A DNA stretch of 64,000 nucleotides from Nitrospirota bacterium (GTDB lineage Bacteria > Nitrospirota > Nitrospiria > SBBL01 > JAADHI01), in assembly GCA_029261155.1 (NCBI GenBank), contig JAJDBW010000024.1, positions 3,355 to 67,354 of the forward strand, in the 5' to 3' direction. The notes under the pieces were generated by a model. The model was not told the origin of the DNA, did not search any database, and saw only the letters and a program-made list of their open reading frames with translations. Positions 20,402 to 27,009 of this stretch are shown here, in pieces (position 1 is the first letter of the stretch; each line of letters begins with the position of its first letter). A program made the position numbers and the translations under genes.

Positions 20402-20459
20402 AATATTGAGAATCATTATCAATTAATGGAATTCTACACAGAGCGACCGGCGGTGTCAA
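20402..20459 (-). promoter_or_regulatory. sigma70 promoter with a Fur-family box just downstream of the -10
   Basis: Minus strand TTGACA (20459-20454), 17 nt, TAGAAT (20436-20431). AATATTGAGAATCATTATC (20402-20420) matches GATAATGATAATCATTATC at 16/19. The 7-1-7 form is TGAGAAT-C-ATTATCA. Confidence 0.85.
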
Positions 20460-20622
20460 GACTTCGCAGCGTTTGAAATGGGGAAATAAGTTGCGGAGGG
20501 CTTCGACTTCATTCGGATAAAACCTAAAGTCCGGGCGATTTGGTCGGAGGAGCCTAGAAATTGTCTTGGTGAAATCAGTAGGTCCCATCGAAGGCTTCGA
20601 TGATTTGAGGTGAGACCGATTG

Positions 20623-20889
20623 CTACGCCACCCTTCTTTGTTTTTCTGCGCGATCCAAATCGTAGGTGGCCTGAAAATTCATCCATAGCTTCGCGGAAGT
20701 CTTTAAGGCCTTTGCCAAATCCAAGGCCGAATCCGCAGTGATGCCGCGTTTCCCTTTAATAAGCTCATTTAATTTTGCTTTGGTCCAACCCAGTTTTCTA
20801 GCAAAGCTGACTTGCGTCATACCCTGTGGATTCAAGAACTCCTCCAACAAAATTTCTCCAGGGTGAAACGGGTTTTTAGGTTGTTTCAT
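20623..20889 (-). CDS. higA: HigA family antitoxin (Xre HTH)
   Basis: Motifs HPGEILLEEFL, GKRGITAD-AL-L, WMNFQATYDL. Confidence 0.93.
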   Translation of the reverse strand: MKQPKNPFHPGEILLEEFLNPQGMTQVSFARKLGWTKAKLNELIKGKRGITADSALDLAKALKTSAKLWMNFQATYDLDRAEKQRRVA

Positions 20890-20907
20890 TTTTCTTCGTA
20901 TCCTTTC

Positions 20908-21198
20908 TTAGTGATAATCAATGACTTGGGCCATATAGGCACTCCCGTCTTTCCATCGAAAAACGACACGCCATTGATCATTGATCCGGATGGAATAAAA
21001 ACCTTTCCATTTTCCCTTTAGGGGCTCAAGACGATTTCCGGGAGGGGCACTCAAATCATTTAGCTCAGCCGCTTCGTGGAGATACAGTAGTTTTCTTCTG
21101 GCCGAACGCCTCAGCGTTTCCGGAAAACCTCTTACCGCTTTGGACCTTCTATCTTCAAATAAATCTTCCGCAAGACGATTTCCAAAGCTTTCAATCAT
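20908..21198 (-). CDS. higB: HigB family toxin (RelE/ParE fold)
   Basis: Motifs PPGNRLEPLKG, YSIRINDQWR, terminal DYH. Toxin-first gene order. Confidence 0.93.
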   Translation of the reverse strand: MIESFGNRLAEDLFEDRRSKAVRGFPETLRRSARRKLLYLHEAAELNDLSAPPGNRLEPLKGKWKGFYSIRINDQWRVVFRWKDGSAYMAQVIDYH

Positions 21199-21204
21199 GC
21201 TTAG

Positions 21205-21233
21205 ATATTATCGGAAATCGATAACGATCGCAA
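21205..21233 (-). promoter_or_regulatory. higBA promoter and operator
   Basis: Minus strand TTGCGA, 17 nt, TAATAT. Palindrome TTATCG-GAAAT-CGATAA at 21208-21224. Confidence 0.65.
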
Positions 21234-21284
21234 GGGCCTAAAAAAGTGCCAACAACAACTCATGCTCTCATCGACACAATCCGC

Positions 21285-22187
21285 TTAAGCCTCGCCTGCG
21301 CCTCCATCGGGCTTCAGGGCATTCTTTTGAACGATCTGCGTATAGAGATCCGAGGCCCGGAATTTTTTCAATTCGAAGATCCGCTTAAGGATGTAGGGAT
21401 GGGTCGACATCTTTTCCGAAAGGCGGGAGAAGAGGTCGCTGTCTAAGTCTTCCTTTTGCGAAAGCAAGGCCTCGAGGTCGAGTTGTTTAAAAAGATGTTC
21501 CCCAACCGAGAGTTTAATCAGCGCCGTCATCGAGGCCTGGAGATTGCCGCTGGCGATGAGGCCGCCCCGGTCGCAGGTGTATTCCGCCTTGCGCGTCCAG
21601 AGTAAAAAAATAAAATTCAGCACCATCGACACCAGCGGAACCCGCACAAGCTGGGAGGTGCTGGTCAGGGCAATCCATTGGGTGTGGCCGCAGAGGATAT
21701 GCGAAAATTCGTGGCCCAGTATCGAAACCAATTCTTCTTGTTCCATGCATTCGATGGTTTTAGAATGCACCACCACGGTTTTCTTTCCGAACACGCCCAT
21801 GGCGTAGGCATTAATCTCTTGATTTTGAATGACGTAGACATCGGGGATGTCCATCCCCAAACGCATGGCCGCCGTTTCCACCGCCGCATGCACCTTTGGC
21901 AACTGCGCTTCCGTCACGCGTATGCCCTGCCCCAACAACTGGCTCTGCTTGAGTTTCACCATCGCCACGGCACCCACAACGCCCAGTAAAATCAGTCCGA
22001 AGGTCACACGCAGCAACACCAACAACACAAAAATGGAAACACCGATGGAGAAAAGGAGGTTCAGCGTTTCACCGGGCACGCGGAAGGCATCGGGCGGGAG
22101 GCGATTGGGTTTGGAAGGGTAGAATGTGGTTTTGATGAGGTAGAGAACCAGCCCGATAAGCAGGGCGATGAGGATTAAGCGCGGCAT
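21285..22187 (-). CDS. M48 (HtpX/Ste24-like) membrane zinc metallopeptidase
   Basis: Motifs INAYA, HEFSH (zinc), AEYTCDRGG, STHP. N-terminal TM helices. Confidence 0.9.
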   Translation of the reverse strand: MPRLILIALLIGLVLYLIKTTFYPSKPNRLPPDAFRVPGETLNLLFSIGVSIFVLLVLLRVTFGLILLGVVGAVAMVKLKQSQLLGQGIRVTEAQLPKVHAAVETAAMRLGMDIPDVYVIQNQEINAYAMGVFGKKTVVVHSKTIECMEQEELVSILGHEFSHILCGHTQWIALTSTSQLVRVPLVSMVLNFIFLLWTRKAEYTCDRGGLIASGNLQASMTALIKLSVGEHLFKQLDLEALLSQKEDLDSDLFSRLSEKMSTHPYILKRIFELKKFRASDLYTQIVQKNALKPDGGAGEA

Positions 22188-22355
22188 GCTTGTTTTCTCT
22201 GAAAATTCGAGAAATGTCTAAAGGCGTTCAAACTGTGGATTAAACGCTGCTTTGAGAAAAAATATTCGTGTGATTGTCGCCCCGCGACAATGCTTCTTGA
22301 AGCGCGGGGATTCTTTTTCGGTAGGTTTGCGGGGATAAGGAGTGCGCCTGGAACA

Positions 22356-22697
22356 TTACTGTGCATCGCTCAGTTCAATCAGTGGTTCGCCTTTTCCTAG
22401 CAGTTGTAGAGCCACAGGAAAACTTTTTGCCAGAACGTCTTTCAATCGGTCATTGGATGTGTTTCCACAAGTGACCCACAAAATTTGTGGTGGCGGTCCA
22501 TGTTGCTCCAGCAAGTGGAGAAAGTCGCGATCCTTTGTCATAAACACCACTCCGTCGTCTCGCGCTGCATTAAAAATTTCCAGATCCTTTGCGTCGCGAA
22601 GACCTAAATCACGAACAGCGTGTGCTTGAATATCAAAAGTAAGATTGATCCAAGGCGCGATGGCCGGCGGTAGCTGCGCATCGATCCAGATGATCAA
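22356..22697 (-). CDS. DUF5615 PIN-like putative toxin
   Basis: Motifs IWIDAQLP, D-EIF, TKD-DF, GPPP, GN. ATGA-coupled to DUF433. Confidence 0.88.
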   Translation of the reverse strand: MIIWIDAQLPPAIAPWINLTFDIQAHAVRDLGLRDAKDLEIFNAARDDGVVFMTKDRDFLHLLEQHGPPPQILWVTCGNTSNDRLKDVLAKSFPVALQLLGKGEPLIELSDAQ

Positions 22698-22918
22698 GTC
22701 GCGACCACAGGATGGTCAAAGCGATGACTCGCAAACCGAAGGCACGCTCGGATATCCTCGATTTTCAAGTCCGGTAACTCCTCAATCACTTGTTCATGGC
22801 TTAAGCCATTTGCAAGAAGGTCCAACACATCGCTCACGCGGATTCGCATGCCGCGAATGCAGGGACGCCCCCCGCATTGTTCCGGATCGACCGTAATCCC
22901 TTCTTCAAGATTTGGCAT
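22694..22918 (-). CDS. DUF433 putative antitoxin
   Basis: Motif ITVDPEQCGGRPCIRGMRIRV...EDIRACL. GGAGG RBS before the ATG at 22918; the ORF-track start at 23224 is over-extended. Confidence 0.9.
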   Translation of the reverse strand: MPNLEEGITVDPEQCGGRPCIRGMRIRVSDVLDLLANGLSHEQVIEELPDLKIEDIRACLRFASHRFDHPVVAT

Positions 22919-22990
22919 TTTCCATAACCTCCATCTGTGAATTATACTACAACTGCTTGTGGCCGCCCATAGAAAAAGACGCACATAACA

Positions 22991-23068
22991 GCCACTGCGC
23001 CGACCAGATATAGTAAAATCAGGCCGATGGTCACGCGGAGCAACACCACCAAAATAAAAAAAAGAAAT
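22991..23068 (-). pseudogene. Diverged remnant of the M48 peptidase TM segment
   Basis: Aligns to 21964-22040 (VVLLRVTIGLILLYLVGAVA vs LVLLRVTFGLILLGVVGAVA). Confidence 0.7.
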
Positions 23069-23209
23069 GAGGAACAGGTACCATTTGGTGATGACTTGGG
23101 TTTTCCCTTTTGCAAAACAGTGATTGCTCGATCGATTTCTTGAATTGTTTCCGAATCGTTGTTCGACGACAATAAATAGTGTCTGTCCCTCTTTTTTTGG
23201 GATTGCGAC

Positions 23210-23308
23210 AATGTGTGATTGCAAGACGAGACCCTATTATTGCAGCCGACTTTGTTATCTTTTTTCTGAAGTGCGGACGCTATAATGTGTTATTTCAAGA
23301 CGAGACCC
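23210..23308 (+). repeat. Two 25-bp direct repeats (REP-like half-sites)
   Basis: AATGTGTGATTGCAAGACGAGACCC (23210-23234) and AATGTGTTATTTCAAGACGAGACCC (23284-23308), 23/25 identical. Confidence 0.8.
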
Positions 23309-23375
23309 GATCACGCGACACAACATTGAGGTCGGCCTCATTAACGGCTTCGATGAATTGAGCCATGATTGGTTG

Positions 23376-23641
23376 TTTCGCCTCCCTTCATTGTTGTTCC
23401 ACGCGATCCAGATCGTAGGTCACCTGGAGATTCATCCATAACTTCGCGGAGGTTATTAAGGCCTTTGCCAAATCCAAAGCCGAATCGGCAGTGATGCCGC
23501 GCTTTCCTTAATGAGATCGTTTAATTTTGCTTAGGTCCAACCCAGTTTTTTAGCAAAGGCGACTTGCGTCATGCCCTGTGGATTCAAAAATTCTTCTATT
23601 AAGATTTCCCCTGAGTGGAACGGATTTTTAGGTTGTCTCAT
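23376..23641 (-). pseudogene. higA: higA pseudogene (second copy)
   Basis: Full-length alignment to 20623-20889. In-frame TAA (AAA to TAA after W-T) and a 1-nt deletion near 23505. Confidence 0.88.
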
Positions 23642-23672
23642 TTTTCTTCGCATCCTTTATTGGTAGAATATC

Positions 23673-23733
23673 GAGGCCATGTTTACAAAATGAACTGTGA
23701 GAACTCTAACACACAATTTGTAGGCATGACCCT
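23673..23733. repeat. ~60-bp palindromic element, degenerate copy A
   Basis: GAGGCCATGTTTACAA...TTGTAGGCATGACCCT. Bases 23700-23733 match 25307-25340 at 27/34. Confidence 0.75.
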
Positions 23734-23786
23734 GTTTTTTCTGTTTTATAATAGTGGATGTTCCCGGAATTGGTCTCCCAAAATAG

Positions 23787-25148
23787 TTAGTTGGACTTTT
23801 CATATTTCTTAGCCAGAATAAAGCGAATCAGTCCTTCACCAGTCCGCAGTAGAGCTATAAGACTCTCTTCATGTTTTTGATTTTGATGTGTGTATTTGTT
23901 AAGTTGATTGTAAGAACTGAAGACGGCTTGGACAACAGCTTCGATGAATTCAGTATCGCTTTTGCTCGTCTCCAATACTATCCTGACGCGAGCTTTTATT
24001 TGAGGACCTTGGCGCTGGCCCTCAGGTAAGTGAATATCTGGCACCAATAGTTGCAACAGTTGCCTTATTAATTCTCGTTGTGAAGTTGCGGCTTGACGTA
24101 AACGATCTGGGCTACCTATTTGTAATACAGACCAAGAACCTCGACGCATATCGACAAAATCTGGACTATGTTCACAGAGCAACGTGTCTAGGGCTTGATC
24201 GCCTACTTCCTCATGCCCTTGATCAGGTAGTGGAGGTATATCGGCTTCCGTTTCGGCTTCAACAAGATCCCGTAAAGAGTCAGAATAATAATTTACCGTT
24301 GCAGCCGGTAATATTATTTCCTCAGCTAATGAAAGTGAAATTGTTGGTACATTTGGAATTTCAATTTTCTCCAAATAATCGCGAAATAGATGCCCAAAAG
24401 ATTGGTTTACATTTATAAGATGAGTTGATATCCACGAGAAATCGATAGAGCTTTGTACTTGAGTAGCAACCTTGGCCATTTCGGCTTGGTGAATGGTTAA
24501 AATATTATCAATGGCACCTGTTAAATATAGATTATTTTGTTTTACAATCTTATCGATACCAGCCAGATACGTTTGAGCTGTGAGATTACCCAACAAAATA
24601 CTATTCCTCTCTTGTGCCTCAATTAATGGTCTCACGACCTCTCCAAATATCTTCTTTGTATCGAATCTCGTAAGAATATCGTCAACAGTTGGAATTATCT
24701 TATTAATGGCATTTGCTGTAATAGGTGCTAATGCAGCATCGTTAAGTAATTTCATAGTCTTTGGTGCCAGCATATTCTTACTAATTATTTTTATTGAATC
24801 ATTCAATGGTATTAGCCTATCAAAGTTCTTTGTTATATTCGCCAAGACATCCATACGACCAAATATCTCGTTGGTGCGCATGGATATACTTTTTATTTTT
24901 TTGCTGGTTTCAAAAAGTGAGATCCTTGCTGCTGCTGACTCATCTTTACCGTCTTTGGTAAGTTGCCACCCTTTTCGATCTCGGGACACCATCCCTTGGT
25001 CTCTGAGAAGGCGCAGTGAACGACTTATAGATGGGCGTTGTGCACCCATCCGTTCAGCAAGGTCAGTGACTGTCTTAGCTGGTTTTTCTTCTAACTGCAT
25101 TAATATTTCTGCTTGGCGTAGCGAACGCCTATATTGTTTTTCTTTCAT
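23787..25148 (-). CDS. Winged-HTH fused to a predicted pPIWI-associated nuclease-like (pP_pnuc_1/HEPN-like) domain
   Basis: N-terminal wHTH (TVTDLAERMG-SISRSLRLLRDQGMV-WQLT). C-terminal DRLRQAATSQRELI...LVPD...KARVR...LNKYTH. Visibly AT-rich compared with the flanks. Confidence 0.6.
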   Translation of the reverse strand: MKEKQYRRSLRQAEILMQLEEKPAKTVTDLAERMGAQRPSISRSLRLLRDQGMVSRDRKGWQLTKDGKDESAAARISLFETSKKIKSISMRTNEIFGRMDVLANITKNFDRLIPLNDSIKIISKNMLAPKTMKLLNDAALAPITANAINKIIPTVDDILTRFDTKKIFGEVVRPLIEAQERNSILLGNLTAQTYLAGIDKIVKQNNLYLTGAIDNILTIHQAEMAKVATQVQSSIDFSWISTHLINVNQSFGHLFRDYLEKIEIPNVPTISLSLAEEIILPAATVNYYSDSLRDLVEAETEADIPPLPDQGHEEVGDQALDTLLCEHSPDFVDMRRGSWSVLQIGSPDRLRQAATSQRELIRQLLQLLVPDIHLPEGQRQGPQIKARVRIVLETSKSDTEFIEAVVQAVFSSYNQLNKYTHQNQKHEESLIALLRTGEGLIRFILAKKYEKSN

Positions 25149-25155
25149 GGCTCAC

Positions 25156-25211
25156 TCGTAACAATAGAATTATTGTTACGATAATCTAGCCGATTCATGA
25201 CCATTTGTCAA
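25156..25211 (-). promoter_or_regulatory. sigma70 promoter and perfect palindromic operator of the wHTH-nuclease gene
   Basis: Minus strand TTGACA (25211-25206), 17 nt, TAGATT (25188-25183). TCGTAACAATA-GAAT-TATTGTTACGA at 25156-25181. Confidence 0.8.
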
Positions 25212-25280
25212 GATATAAGGTGATTTTTTACATACCTGAATACATAGCATAATTCGAAAAAATCAGGGGTATAAACTTTC

Positions 25281-25340
25281 AGGGCCAGGTCTACAAATTT
25301 GACTATAGAACTCTAATACGTAACTTGTAGACCTGGCCCT
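25281..25340. repeat. 60-bp palindromic element, intact copy B
   Basis: Perfect 16-bp arms AGGGCCAGGTCTACAA / TTGTAGACCTGGCCCT with a 28-nt interior. Confidence 0.9.
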
Positions 25341-25371
25341 TAAGCTTTGTTCGGTCACTTTATATTCGGCT

Positions 25372-25818
25372 TCAGTCTTCCCCCAATGCCTCCAAATCCG
25401 CCAAATCTTTCTTTCTTCCGGTGGCTTTTTTGTTCGCGATAAAAGCGTTTAGTCCAATAAAATAAACGGGCACATCCCCAAACATCCCCTTCATTTTGTG
25501 GAGATGGGCTTCTTCCCATGTAACGCCGGTGAGCGAAGTGATCAGGTCCACGCGGACAGGCGGAACACCCAGTTGAACGATCTTGTCGGGGGAAGCAAAA
25601 TCTTCTGCTTGAAGCCCAAGATCTCCAAAGCCAAATTCGCGAAGCGCCTCGACCACTTGCATGGCATTTTCGATGTCGGGACTCACGAGAATATCCAAGT
25701 CGCCCGTAAAACGCGGCGCGCCGTGGAAGGCCAATGCATAACCGCCGACGATCAAATAATCAACGTGGTGTGCGTTGAATAACGCGAGCAATTCTTTGAA
25801 GTCGCGCTGAATCTCCAT
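25372..25818 (-). CDS. Pol-beta superfamily nucleotidyltransferase (putative TA component)
   Basis: Motifs YLIVGGYA, PRFTGDLDI, NKKATGR-KDLADLE. Start MEIQRDFKELL at 25818. Confidence 0.85.
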   Translation of the reverse strand: MEIQRDFKELLALFNAHHVDYLIVGGYALAFHGAPRFTGDLDILVSPDIENAMQVVEALREFGFGDLGLQAEDFASPDKIVQLGVPPVRVDLITSLTGVTWEEAHLHKMKGMFGDVPVYFIGLNAFIANKKATGRKKDLADLEALGED

Positions 25819-25948
25819 AATATTGCCTTCTGAGGTCTTCGACCGCTTCGATGCGTTTTTCGACACTTTGACTGCGCCAATAGTCCAAATCTTCTTGAAT
25901 CGTATTTTTATCCTTTAAAGCATGCCGCGCAATCACTTTTTTGATCAT
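25760..25948 (-). CDS. Small partner protein of the nucleotidyltransferase
   Basis: 62 aa with DLDYWRSQS-EKRIEAVEDLR. GGGAG RBS; overlaps the NTase start. Confidence 0.7.
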   Translation of the reverse strand: MIKKVIARHALKDKNTIQEDLDYWRSQSVEKRIEAVEDLRRQYYGDSARLQRIARVIQRTPR

Positions 25949-26089
25949 CGGTGCTTCTCTCCCTTATTGTTGCTCATTAAATAAGGATTCCGTTTCCGGA
26001 TAGTACCTAATTAATCCGCGAGATAGCAATCTTCTCACAGTAGATTGGAAAGGGCTCAAAAATCTGAGCGGGCCCGAAGCCTATGCACC

Positions 26090-26240
26090 CTTCGCTTCAA
26101 CAGTTCATCCAACGTAATCGAACACCCTTTTAACTCTGCATCAGACGCCCGCCCGAGAAAATCAAATTTATCTCCGACCTGCCTTCCCAAATCCTCCGTT
26201 AAAATCGCGGCGGCGTATCGCAGTTCGCCAGATCAAAATG
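26090..26240 (-). pseudogene. Diverged duplicate of the luxE-like gene 3' end
   Basis: Aligns to 27041-27192 (ILTEDLGRQVGD...LGRASDAELKGCSITLDELLKR), with mostly synonymous changes and one 1-nt deletion. Confidence 0.88.
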
Positions 26241-26273
26241 CCCGTGGATGCCGCCAATGTTCTCCATATCTCC

Positions 26274-26615
26274 TCAACGGCTTTGTCGGGCCGTAGTAGT
26301 TTTGATCTGAACCGCTACGGCGTGGAATTTTAAACCGAGCGCGTTTAATACTTTCAGGATGGTATCGAAACCTGGGCTCCGTTCCCCGGAAAGTGCTTTG
26401 TAAAGACTTTCGCGAGACAAGCCGGCATCTCGCGCGACTTGAGACATTCCCTTGGCCCGCGCGATATCGCCCAAAGTTTTTGCAATAAAGGCCGCATCGC
26501 CATCCGCTTCTTCTAGGCAGGCTTCAAGGTAAGCAGCCATTTCCTCTGGGCTGCGAAGATGTTCAGCGACATCGTATTTTGTCGTCTTGGTTTTAGGCAT
26601 GGTTTTAGCCATCAT
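26274..26615 (-). CDS. Addiction module antidote protein (Xre HTH)
   Basis: Motif YDVAEHL...LGDIARAKGMSQVARDAGLSRESLYKALSG. Confidence 0.92.
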   Translation of the reverse strand: MMAKTMPKTKTTKYDVAEHLRSPEEMAAYLEACLEEADGDAAFIAKTLGDIARAKGMSQVARDAGLSRESLYKALSGERSPGFDTILKVLNALGLKFHAVAVQIKTTTARQSR

Positions 26616-26621
26616 TCACTC

Positions 26622-26912
26622 CTATAGATTTCGTGCGAGACTTGAGGCGGATTTAATATCCTTGGCTTGGGTCCGTTTGTCGCCACCCGCCAACAAAATA
26701 ATAATCTGACGTCCTACCTTTTTGTAATACACCCGATAACCGGGTCCATAATCGATGCGCAACTCCGAAATGCCTTCACCAAGGGCTTTCACATCCCCAG
26801 GATTTCCAGATGCCAATCGTTCAATCCGGACAAGAATGCGAGCGCGTGCACGTCGGTCATGTAATCCATCAAGCCAGTGAGTAAAAACATCCGTTTTGCG
26901 AATTTCAAGCAT
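26622..26912 (-). CDS. Addiction module killer protein (RelE/ParE family)
   Basis: Motifs GNPGDVK, ELRIDYGPGYRVYY, LLAGGDKRTQ-KDI. Confidence 0.93.
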   Translation of the reverse strand: MLEIRKTDVFTHWLDGLHDRRARARILVRIERLASGNPGDVKALGEGISELRIDYGPGYRVYYKKVGRQIIILLAGGDKRTQAKDIKSASSLARNL

Positions 26913-26918
26913 AGCTAT

Positions 26919-26947
26919 AGTGTAGCCTTGTGGCTACGCCATGTCAA
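26919..26947 (-). promoter_or_regulatory. Addiction-module promoter and operator
   Basis: Minus strand TTGACA, 17 nt, TACACT. Palindrome GTAGCC-TTGT-GGCTAC at 26922-26937. Confidence 0.7.
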
Positions 26948-27009
26948 CGAATATTGCGTGGTGGAGGAATGGGAGGAACACCCAGATGAGAATCGATAAT
27001 CCAGCCGGG

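Noticed and set aside
22919-23224. N-terminal extension of the DUF433 ORF and the 89-aa ORF 22942-23211
   Set aside because: These run through the M48 remnant and repeat scars. The RBS supports a start at 22918.
23210-23308. Mini-CRISPR interpretation of the 25-bp repeats
   Set aside because: Only two repeats, no cas genes or leader, and the repeat resembles the nearby palindrome arm.
25281-25340. Integron attC site
   Set aside because: No RYYYAAC/GTTRRRY boxes, the arms are perfect without extrahelical bases, and no intI is in the window.
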